Shown: piece by piece, positions 52,940 to 64,000 of the stretch
How the letters are laid out: each line of letters starts with the position of its first letter
Position numbering within the stretch: the stretch's first letter is position 1
Assembly (NCBI GenBank): GCA_905331295.1
Contig: CAJNYD010000044.1
Location: forward strand, 62,001 to 126,000
Source: Rotaria socialis
Lineage: Eukaryota
DNA: 64,000 bases
Reading direction: 5' to 3'
Notes under the pieces: model-generated
Database searches by the model: none
Told to the model about the DNA's origin: nothing
Seen by the model: the letters and a program-made list of their open reading frames with translations, nothing else
Made by a program: the position numbers and the translations under genes

Positions 52940-53850
52940 CTCCTTTTTGTTCGGCTCATATCAATGCTAACTCAATTTGGAAAAAGAATGGCATCACTGT
53001 AGCCGGAGGAAATGGACCAGGTGGCGGAATGAATCAATTATATTATCCACACGGTCTGTTCCTTGATAACGAGCAAACTCTTTACATAGCTGAATGGCAC
53101 AATCACAGAATTGTTGAATGGAAAAGTGGAGCAGCTTGGGGTCGAATCATAGCTGGTGGAAATGGCCAACTGAAAAATCCAGGTGATTTGATTGTTGACA
53201 AAGCCAGAGATAGTATCTTCATTTGTGACTATGTACATAAACGTGTTGTACGATCGTCACTGCGAAATGCAAATACTGAGGAAGCAATTATTTCTGGGGT
53301 TGCTAGTTTTGGAGTGACAATGGACCAACAAGGATTTCTATATGTCAGCGATTCGGAGAGACACGAGGTGAGACGATGGCAAGTTGGAGAAACACAGGGA
53401 ATAATTGTAGCTGGTGGTAATGGGGCCGGAAGTCGACTTGATCAATTAAATAGCCCGAGAAAGATCTTTGTCGATCACGATGATTCAGTTTATGTGTCGG
53501 ATGTGTTCAATGATCGTGTGATGCGATGGCCAAAAGGAGCAAAAGAAGGAATAGTAGTGGCTGGTGGTCGTGGTCGAGGCAGTTTACTTTCTCAATTGTA
53601 TTTCCCTGAAGGAATCATTGTTGATCAGTTCGGGACACTCTATGTTGCGGATAGAAACAATCATCGAATAATGCGTTGGCCTAAAGGAGCAACTGAGGGA
53701 CAGATTCTCGTTGGTGAAAGTGGTGTCGGCTCTCTAGCAAACCAACTCAATACACCGATCGGTTTGTCGTTCGATCGTCACGGAAATCTTTATGCGGCTG
53801 ATCACTACAATCATCGAGTTCAAATGTTTGAAATCCAGGGAACAGCATGA
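52940..53850 (+). CDS. NHL-repeat beta-propeller exon
   Basis: About six repeats of QLxxPxG(I/L)xVD..LYVADxxNHR(V/I). The frame is open upstream of the Met at 53029 through INANSIWKKNGITVAGGNG to an acceptor TGTAG|CT at 52939/52940 (phase 1). Confidence 0.9.
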
Positions 53851-54600
53851 TCGTAGTCTTCGATATGCCCTTAATTTCTTGTTATTTTTTGCTTATTCAG
53901 ACTACCTTACTCTTACTTGAATAATCGTTCGTGTTGGGTGTGGGTGTATTCGATGAAAAATTTTAATAAATAAATAAAAGTACTGACATAATATCAAAAT
54001 AATCACAGAAAAGTGGCCTTGCAATCATTCGTTATGTATGCGGAATACTACACTACAAGTGTGGAAAAAAGCATTATAAACTTTTCAGTAGCTTTTCATA
54101 ATCTCAGTACGTTCATATTCCATCAATTATTCCCTAAAAAATATTTGAATGGAAAAAGAAGTAAATCTTGCTTGATCTTCAAGGATGTCTCGTTCTCGCC
54201 TAAATCATCTCAAATATATAGAAATAAACTATATATGACTGCTTCATTTTAGATTACGAAAGTGATGAAAATCCCTAAAAACATTTGAGTGATCTGGAAG
54301 GTATCTGAATGAATATGGAATTCAAAACGAACATAAGAATCATAACCAAAAAGGAATTACTATTATTTGAGATACAAGCGTAATCTTGATTGTTCTTGAT
54401 CGCAAGAGTACGGTAAGAGTAAATCAGTACAGCACTCCTTCAAAGCAGAAAAAGACAATATAAACAATCATTCACGTTAAAAACGACAAGATTGAATGAC
54501 TAAAAACACAGTTTAGCATTCTTCATTTAAAATATACTTCAGATGACACCTAACCGACTTGAAATGAGTTTTTTTATGAAAACTTCACACATCGCAGTTT

Positions 54601-55456
54601 GCTACCCATGTGTTTCATTACGATGAAACTGCGATCGCACTGTGACCCGTTATTGCGGAAAATTGCGACGTAGTTACGCGCAACTACGATGAAAAAATCG
54701 CGGTTACGCGTAGTTACGGGGGAAAAATCACAGTTACGCATAACTGCGCCTAAGTTTTTCGCAATTATAGTTCACAATGGCGTCGCAATTGGTACAAAAG
54801 ATAACATAGATTAGGGTTTCCTTCTATTTGTGTTTTTATTGAGTTTAAAAGATTTTTTGCACAAAAAATGAAAAACAACTATAAAATTAAAACTTTTATA
54901 AAAAATAAAAAACAATTATTAAATAAAAAGTTTTCACAATAAAAATAATTGAAAAATTGAAATCTAAAAGAATCTAAAAAGTTTAGTTTGCAACTTAAGG
55001 AAAATTAAAAATTAAGATCTAGAAAAATTAAAAATTAAGATCTAAAAAAATTTTTAAAAATTGAATGTATAAAAGAAATAGAAATTTGAAATAATTTAAT
55101 GATAAAAGAAAAAAAAATTGAAAAACTAAAAAAATTTTAATCTGGAAATTTTTAAAAGAAATAAAAACTATGCATTTCACTGCTTGTAGTAGAATGACTT
55201 ATGAACGAAAATGTGATAAACACTACTATTACTAAGTTTTATTGTTCGAGTGTAGCCAATTACAAATAAGGAGGAATAATTTGTAATTGGTCATTTATAT
55301 CTACAACAGCTCGTAGGATGCGATCACTAGGACGCAGTTACGTTGATCTGAGTCATACTAAGCGTAGTTTCTTATAGAAATCTTCACTACGATCAATGCG
55401 CCATAGTTACGCGTAACTGCGGCACAGTTGATAAAAAAAGAGGCGACATGGGTAGT
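54601..55456. mobile_element. Non-autonomous DNA element with short TIRs, GC-rich subterminal repeats and an A-rich core
   Basis: CTACCCATGT (54602) and ACATGGGTAG (55446-55455). Repeated GTAGTTACGCG-like units lie near both ends. No clear TSD. Confidence 0.6.
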
Positions 55457-55573
55457 AATGTTCACTTCTCAATCTATGAATATAAGCAAACTCAAATAGT
55501 ACGAAAAACTACTTTATGGCTAATGATCATTAATTGCATATAATAGATGTCTAACGAAAATAAATTAGCGTAT

Positions 55574-56323
55574 TCATTGATTCGAATCGGTAGTTTTTTT
55601 GTTACGTGGATTTGTTTGTGCACTATTCAATGTCGTTAGTTGTTGACCACTTGTATCGAAATTAGTTGGATTTAGCCACCGCTGTATTTCGTATTTAACA
55701 TGTGGCCATTCGTCATCCACAATACTAAACCATGATAAATCAGCCGATCGACCTTTACAAATTCCCATTTTGAGCCATGTACCCTCATATTGAAAACCTA
55801 GTCGTAGTGATGCTTGATACGATTTTCTATTTAGAGGATCAAACGTCCATTCCACTCGTCTATAACCAAGTGAATCGAAAGCATATTGCATTAGTAAAAA
55901 ACTTGCTTCGGTAGCTTGTCGAGTGCGTGCTAATTGTTGACTGAAATTGACGTGACCAATCTCAATCGAGCCATGGTTTTCATTAACTCTCAAATAGGTG
56001 ATAAATCCTACGGCTATCTCATTTACTATGATGAAATATACGACGGTGTTGTTACTTGGCTCTAATAATGTATGCAGGAACTGTGCAAATTCATTGACTG
56101 TTTCAAACGGCCCATAGTACAAGTAGGTGAAATGAGTTTGTTCAGTCGGTTTGAACGCATCGTATAGTTGTTGAATAGCAGTGCTACTAGTTGTTGGAGT
56201 AAATAGCTCGAGCCGACAATATTGACCATGAAGTATATTATATTCTGGTTTGGTAGAAGGATTAGCACGAGCTGTCCAATTAGGGACAACATCACCAACA
56301 GACTGGTTGGTTTTAAATTCCAT
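55574..56323 (-). CDS. Intronless RimJ/RimL-type GNAT N-acetyltransferase of microbial type (249 aa)
   Basis: GQYCRLE, YLYYGPF, HGSIEIGHV, LGYRRVEW, LRLGFQYEG, KGRSADLSWFSIVDDEWP and WLNPTNFD..GQQ match the bacterial/fungal RimJ/RimL-like GNAT pattern. Confidence 0.9.
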   Translation of the reverse strand: MEFKTNQSVGDVVPNWTARANPSTKPEYNILHGQYCRLELFTPTTSSTAIQQLYDAFKPTEQTHFTYLYYGPFETVNEFAQFLHTLLEPSNNTVVYFIIVNEIAVGFITYLRVNENHGSIEIGHVNFSQQLARTRQATEASFLLMQYAFDSLGYRRVEWTFDPLNRKSYQASLRLGFQYEGTWLKMGICKGRSADLSWFSIVDDEWPHVKYEIQRWLNPTNFDTSGQQLTTLNSAQTNPRNKKTTDSNQ

Positions 56324-59300
56324 AATATGGTTGTGCGAAACTTGTTATGTCATATTTTTCTGTTGTTTACAAATGATCTTGAAAATAAAAATTTCAAACA
56401 ATAATATTTCAATAAGATTAGCTAATGTTATACAGGTAAAACGTAGCTGTATTCTTAAACTTCAGACAATTGTTTGTAGGCTATTTCTAATGAAAGTTCT
56501 GAAGATAAATTCTACTAAAAGATTATCAATGTTAGTGCTTGAACTAGCACATGTAATGTTTCTAACACTTCTAGATGTGTTTACTGTAACCATGAGCAAA
56601 TCAGTATGAAAAAGAAGCTAACGTTACAAAAAAAGGTTTGGTGTGTTGAAGTAAGAGCAAAATGAGAAAAAGAAACAGTATGTGACTGCAGGCTAAGATA
56701 AGGAATCTTTTTTGTTTTGAAAAAAGAGCTTGTAATCAGTTTATATAACAAAAACATGAGAAGAAATAGCATCAATCTATTCATGGGCTGACGGGTTCAG
56801 AATCATTATAGATGCTAACACATTGAATCGTTAAAGAATTCATGCATTTGTTTATATCCGATGCAAAAGTTCACCAAAAAAGATACAACTGTTTAATTAA
56901 TATATTATAAAACTGACGTGAGCGTGTTAAAATATAGTTTTGTTCTACAAAAACCAACATTCCTTTTAACAATTTTCGACGTCTTTGGATATCGATTTAG
57001 TTTTTATCTCGAAGACTGCAAAATTTCTAAAGTTCATATACTAGTTATATAGGCGTGAAGAAAAATCATCAGAAGAAGTTGTTCAACTCAAATTTTTTTC
57101 TCATATTAAGTTTATTGAAAACATAATGTATTGCGTTATATAGATAAATCAAAAAAAAATGAGAACGTAAGCGCTTTAGTGTTACTATTCTATAAGTATA
57201 CAATTAAAAATTGAAAAGTGATTCAATCATTCGTATGTCTCAATATTTTCAATGGAAGATTTTCCACTTGAATTATTTATCAAATATTTGGCGATTATTG
57301 GTTACTAGCTGTACATCGAAGTTCAATAGTGTATAAATCCAAGATATACATAATATTTTCTTTATCAATTATAGAAATCTTTTAATAACTGTTTAAAATT
57401 TGATCAGTCGTATTGACAGTGTTGATACAGAAACATTTTGTCTCTAGTCTCTCGTTGTACTAGGGTAGGTGATTGAACTGAACTTTTGAGGAAAAAAACT
57501 CAATTATTTCTCGTTTTACACTAAGATTCTCATTCCACACTATTTTCTACATCCAAACCAACAACTTGAAGTTACACTAAATGAACAGTCAATAGAATTT
57601 TAGCAGCTACATTAACTTAATAGAGAAAAACCACAACAATGCATTTTGCTGAAAACTGCTGTTAAAGTGAAATGTCCATATATATCGAAGATGGTCAGAT
57701 ACAGATGGTACTTCATTAGGTACTAGACCACTGATGGTAAGGTTCGACAATTTTCAATGACGAGAAAATCTAGAAGTGAACGGGCTGCCGCTATTCTCCA
57801 AGTTATTTTACGTGTACTATGGAACATAAGAAAAATAATTCAATAGTCTGGAGTGTCGACCTACCCTATAATTCACTGTTTGAAGCTTCATCGAGAAATT
57901 TGCTGATTGGATACGAGAAACTCAATGGTTGATCGGATAACAGAGAAAAATATTTGTTATCAAGCAAGTCGTTAAAATCTTCGGCGATATACGTCTAGTA
58001 TCAGCGTATGAGACTGTCAATGCAGCATATAAGTGCTTGTTTGTGGAGCCAGGAAAACCGATTAAATGAAGAAATCTTAATTTCATCCTCTCCAAGAGAT
58101 CTTTTAGAGGTTTTCTCTACAACGTTTACTGGAAAGTCTTCACCGTCTGTATAATAAATGATCAGACAATGTAGTCCACGGCAATGGTTTGTTAGCTGCA
58201 TCACTACTGACATCAAAATGCCTGTAATTCTAACGAGCAGAGGACACAACTTCCCCATTTTGGGTTTTTCTTATTAAGTTTTGCGATCTAAACCGAACTT
58301 TGAGAAATAAAAATAAAAACTTTTGCTTTTATCTTAATATTCATCATAATATTCCAACATAATAAAGCTGATAATAGTTTACAAATTTTGATTAAAATAA
58401 GTTGAGCCATGGAGACTTGTCTAGATTCAAGGCCATATATTAACGTGATCTGTATGCTTTCTATTGCGTTTCCTGCAAGCACCACTCGTATGCGAGTATG
58501 TTATGTTGCATCATAACAGCTAAACGAATGATGCAACATAACATATTATTGTGTAAAATATTCTACTCTTACAAAAATCAACGAACGAAAAAAATGTTTT
58601 CATGCTCCAGCCAAGAAATGCTTTGTTCAAGTATTGCGAGCATTTCGTAAGTCATGATACAGATAGTACTTTGAATGAATTAGTATAATAACTGAACATT
58701 GTGAATCGAACTTGGGTGACACGATCTTTAGTCGTGCGTCTTCACCATTAGACTACTGGAGCTTATTTTTATTAGATCTGATAAAGATTTTCGAGTATGG
58801 ATACAAGTGGGAGAACATCATAAAATAGATGAGACCGTACATTCACATATTACACATTCAGCGAGGTTTCGTTTTGGGCGTACAGTATTGAAATCATTTA
58901 TTTTGGCATGCATCATTCAAGTTTATGCTTTAGAAAGATTTCATCTGGTTACTATTGCCTTCATGATAACTAGTCAACATCTATTCATAATTGTTGAAAG
59001 CAATATCAAAAAATTATTCGAACATACATGATTTCACTGAACTGTACGATTTTCTTTTCTAAAGTCAGTAAATTGATTGACCATATTCAGTAGAGAAAAT
59101 AAATTTGATTAGAATCGATAGAATAATTTGGTGGAATTTCGGGCGTTTCCTTACTGAAACCCTATAAACTTTATGCAGATAGTCAGGATACAATGTATTC
59201 TTAATTTATTCTATAAATTAATACATAATTCAATTCTATCAATCCATACTTATCATGACATCTATTATGGCCTTGAATTACTAGATGTGAACTCAAATTA

Positions 59301-60563
59301 TCTTTAATGATAGTGCGAGGAGAGAGACAACGTTATTGTAAAGGTGACTCGTTTCATGAATGCTTAACGAATTCATCAGGTATATTTAGAATCTCATACT
59401 ACAGTTATGTAAGAAGAAATGCAAAACAATGACATCCAACGACATCTGGCTATTGGAAGTAGAAAGGCATAAAAAATCCTCATGAATCATCTTTGTTGTT
59501 GTTGTTGCTTTTTCCCTTTCTTTTCTCACATGTTTTCTACTTGTGGCTACGTTTATGCCTTGTCAGTTAAACATAGCAGATTTTTCTGCCTCGTCATTAT
59601 TAGGCATGGCTATGCATAGAATTTTTGCAGGGGTATAAATAAGAGGCAAGTCACTCATCAGAACATTAAACAGTGCCGTTTTTTTTTCACTCTCGCGGAT
59701 CACATTTTATCAACTTAAAGATATTGTTAGAAATATTTAAAAAAAAAGATAAGTATAGCATGATCAAGTTTATCTCATTTTATGAGCAACTGTTATTGCA
59801 TGACAAAATGTCTATTGCCTTTTGATAGTTTTTACGATTGAGATAATTACCGTGTAGTATTCTTTTGTTGCATAGCAATAAAATGATATAAAGCAGCTGC
59901 CAAAAGAAAGAGAGGACGCTAGAGACAGAAACATGAAGGTTTAAGTCAATTAAAAGGTCAACAAAAAGAATGTTAAAAAAATACGTGCGTTTCGTTACGT
60001 ATCATTACGACATTTTTATAAGATTTGAGAAAAATTAGTTTGTACGTTGTAAAAATAAATTGTTAGGGTTAATCTCAATAATATACAATAATTCTTCAAA
60101 CAAATAATTCTAGTTTATCTCTCATTTATATTATATCATTATTATACGATCACCATACAATTCTGAATTGATTATTCGCTTCTATTCGACTACCAAAAAG
60201 TGAGATAAGTGTCAGTAAAAAGATTAATTTTCAGCTAAAAAGTTCGTAGACGAAAGTAAGTTTATTTTATACAAATATGTAACTATAGAAATGAAGGCGT
60301 TCCCACTGTGGAAATAGTTAACTGTATGAATAGTTTCGAGACCTACTAAATATACATGTGTATAATTATCGAGTGTTTATATTCGTCTCAATTAACTTTA
60401 TGGTTAAATGAGCATGACATATGATGAGTAAATTTGATAGTATTGTAGACATTCATAATTTTGATGAAGATTGCAAATTTGTATCACAACCCACTTGAGA
60501 TTCATTCATTTCAGTTGAAATTCGAACTTCCATTTCAGATATATTTGTGAACTACTTGTAACA

Positions 60564-61687
60564 ATGGCATCAAAAAAAGCAGTTGCAGTAATTATTGGTA
60601 ACAGGAATTTAAAAAGAATTCATTTTCATACCCATAATCTTGACTCTAATTCATAGGCGTTGGTCCTGGGTTAGGAGCATCATTAGCTAAACGGTATGAT
60701 GCTTTATCTATCAGGTTTTATTATTATTTTTACTTTAAAGATTTGCAGCTGGTGGCTATTCTATTGGTCTTATTGCACGAAAAGAAAGTAGTTTACAACC
60801 TGTGCAAAGTGAACTTGAACAGAGCGGGCATACAGGTGATCAATCACATTTTTTTATCATCATGTATATGCATAGGTATTAACGAACAATTTTTCTTTTC
60901 TAGCCATGAGTGTAACGGCTGACGCTGGCGATGCAGCATCAATAAAAAATGCGATTGATACGATTCGAAAAAAATTCGATAATGATCCTGAAGTATTATT
61001 GTACAATGCCAGCGGATTTTTTTACGGTAAATTGAATACTTTTATTTATTTTCTAATTATATATAATTTATTTTATATTTAGGAGGTATTTTGGATTTGA
61101 AACCTGAAGTACTTCAAGCAGCACTAAACACAACTGTTATCGGCGCTTTAGCTGCCAGCCAAGAAGTTAATATCAACTAGAAAAAATATGTTTTATATTT
61201 TACTGAATATGAATAGGTTCTTCCAGGCATGATCAAGAATGGAAAAGGAACCATATTGTTTACTGGTGCCACTGCTAGTCTTCGGGGTTCAGCCAACTTT
61301 GCTGGCTTTGCTATATCAAAATTTGGATTACGCGCACTAGGTCAATCCATGGCTCGTGAACTTGGTCCACAAGGTATTCATGTTGCTCATATAGTTATTG
61401 ACGGTGGGATTCACTCACCCAATCAAGCTGAAAGTATGATTCTTATTTCACTGCTAAAACGAAAAAGAAAAACAATTAATTACTTTTTTAGGTCAGCCTG
61501 ACAAGGATATTGATTCATTTCTTAATAGTGATGCGGTATGAATTATTATGCACCTTAGTCAACTTTAGTCTTTAAATGAAAAATTTCCCTATTTTAGATT
61601 GCTGAGACATATTGGCAATTACATATTCAACCTCGTTCAACATGGACACAAGAACTTGATCTTCGTCCTTCAGTGGAGCAATTTTAA
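60564..61687 (+). CDS. Short-chain dehydrogenase/reductase of microbial type, 8 exons
   Basis: Exons about 60564-60597, 60657-60692, 60741-60835, 60904-61026, 61083-61165, 61217-61433, 61492-61535 and 61598-61687 splice in frame. They give IIGVGPGLG, LYNA, FTGATASLRG, FAISKFGLRALGQSMARELGPQGIHVAH and TWTQELDLRP. Confidence 0.92.
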
Positions 61688-63267
61688 AACAAGACCTTTT
61701 TTTATAACCGTTGAAACTAGTACGAAAGTTGTGTTCATTTTTTTGTCACGTAAAGAAAACACAAAATCTTACTTTTGATTCAATTTTTTGTAAAATTATA
61801 CACCAGAACATAAACCATTGAAATATAATCTCACTCTACTTTTATAAGATCAACATGGTTGCAAAGTGATATTTCCACACTTAAACAGTAGCCACGAAAC
61901 TATTCAAGAAAGATCACTCACTTTCTCAGTTTTCAATTAAAAATTTTGGTCATCAAATGAAACTTTTTTTTTTGATCTTATGAAGTTATTATTATATATC
62001 TGCCCACATACAGATGCTATTATTTCTTAATTTGAAATGACTCCGGTTCGTATAGTGATTTAGAATTAAACAATTAGACTTTATGCTTGTATATATTCAT
62101 CCATCTAATCATTCTGTTGACAGTATTATCTTTGAAGAAGAATAAAGTATTGTTGGTAAAATATAAAATGATCAAAAATTATTATCGTGATGTCGCACAA
62201 CTTCGAAATCCCAAATCATGGAGGTACGACAGGAAGAAATCTGATCTCTGAAAGTTCCCGCCGATTTGAAGTAGTCATCCATGTAAAAAAATAAGGAACA
62301 TATTAGATTGAAAAGCGGTTATAATCGAAGAAACAGATACTCTGCTATACTTCATATTTTATATCATAACAATAAAGCAATAAAGTCTAATTTCTTATTT
62401 ACTCTTAACGATTGGCGTAAACGATTTCAATCATATGCATAGAGCGGAAAAAAATCACTTTTAAGAATATTCATGTCTTCTGATAGTCGCAACTCAGCAG
62501 TGTTTAGATTTCCAAAACAAGGAAGTTACGGAAAATTCAGAAGTTTTGAATCTGATATCTCCGTTATTAGAAAAAATTCAATAATTTCCAAAATTTATGT
62601 CCTTCAAATTTCCCGAAAATACTTTTCTTTGACTTTACGTGGTTTTGAAGATAATGGCAATTTCTGTAATTTCCTTTTTCGGAACTCTGAACATACCTCG
62701 TTAGAATTATGAATTAAAACCTTGAGAGAGACAGTAACAAAAAACATTCATAATATTAATATTGAACGGTGTACCTTACGAGAAATAATTTCTTTTGGTG
62801 AATTCATTTCTTACTTCATATGTCAGTCTTCCACAGTGAAAATCAGCATCAAAGTAATCAAAGGACTAATTATACTACTATATAAGTGTGTGCCTTACGG
62901 GAAATAACTTTCTTCGGTGCTTTATTTTCTAATTGCATATTTAAGTCGGGGCTGCCACCTCTTCTGCGTTTAGTAAAAAAATTCTGCTTTTTGAAGGTTT
63001 TTCTGCTTCTTTTCTGTCGTTTCTGATTTTTGAAGATTTTTCTGCTTTTCTTTATACCGCGTTATTTATATTTTGAACGAGCATTTTTCATCTCAAAGAT
63101 CTTTTTCCATAATTACAAAAGAATCGTGATCACCCTAGTCAACTCTCCCTAGGGATTTCGTTCTTTTATGGGGACTCACTGGGGACTCCCCGGGAAGTTA
63201 TATGACCAAAATCGATGAAATATCTAATTACTAATAAATTCTTCTAAATTTTTTAAAATTTAAAAAN

Positions 63268-63366
63268 NNNNNNNNNNNNNNNNNNNNNNNNNNNNNNNNN
63301 NNNNNNNNNNNNNNNNNNNNNNNNNNNNNNNNNNNNNNNNNNNNNNNNNNNNNNNNNNNNNNNNNN
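63268..63366. other. Assembly gap (about 100 N), preceded by a probable repeat end starting GGGCTGCCACC near 62949
   Basis: Run of N. Single-N joins also occur at 118, 16358, 34457 and 50513. Confidence 0.95.
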
Positions 63367-64000
63367 TGAGAAAAATATCGATTATAATGCCGCATTTCTT
63401 CGCTGAAATCATAAAGTCAACTATAGCTTTGGGTTTATCGTGAAACAGCCATCAGAACTTTTGGAAAATAATAGTTTGTCTCCAATCGAGAGATTCTTTA
63501 TGTAGTATGCTAAAGACGAAAATTGGAATTAGTTAGAATATTCTCCTTACTAGAGGGATACTGTGGAATTTGCTTTATAAAATGCAATAGTCAGTCCTTG
63601 TTCAAGTGTGACTTCTGAATGAAAGTCCCTGAAAAGTTTATTTTTCCGCAATGGCTCACTCCGTTTTCGTGAATATCTATATATCTATATACGTGTATAT
63701 ATATAGATATTGGATATCGTTGATCAATTCTTTTCATATTTGTATATTATCCACAACTATTGGAACTTATAGCTTCTGCCACTTTGGCTGTTAGACTATT
63801 CAATTATTTTGTGTAATTTTCTGTTTTCAGAAAGATACAGATGCATCAACACCACGATGTATTTTCTGGTCTGCATGGTTATTTATCAAAATTAGCACAC
63901 TGTTCTCGAAAAGGAAAAAATAACGCTACATTAATATAAGAGCTTGGCTTGAGTATAGGGTTCGTTGAAGAAAATTTGTATTAGAGTTTGCACGAGATAT

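Noticed and set aside
57400..59100. Short ORFs and faint GPCR-like fragments
   Set aside because: No continuous frame or convincing motif.

Overview
AT-rich eukaryotic genomic DNA with mostly short (about 50-60 nt) GT-AG introns. The gene content (ART-TPR, stand-alone R-S-E ADP-ribosyltransferases, NHL repeats, an intronless GPCR, microbial-type enzymes) is typical of a bdelloid rotifer; this taxon call is an inference. Layout: (1) 0.3-10 kb: nested non-autonomous DNA transposons and two convergent ART genes. (2) 12.7-33.5 kb: an intron-rich animal block on the minus strand with five tandem SLC17/sialin-like transporter genes, an orphan low-complexity gene and striatin. (3) 34-62 kb: an accessory block with a GPCR, a frameshifted ART, a RING/PARP-like/ARM exon, a MACPF gene, an NHL propeller exon, a GNAT, an intron-rich microbial-type SDR and many MITEs. 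The strongest lead is at 41.6-46.3 kb. The ART frame break sits on an in-phase A_AAA_AAG heptamer followed by a 7-nt spacer and a hairpin, which is the layout of a -1 ribosomal frameshift. Its phase-1 splice donor is also compatible with the acceptor of the RING/PARP(H-Y-E)/ARM exon. Together these suggest a frameshift-gated protein with two ADP-ribosyltransferase classes plus an E3 module, next to a possible MACPF-NHL fusion. A homopolymer error or pseudogenisation remains a real alternative. All calls are by eye; no database searches were run.
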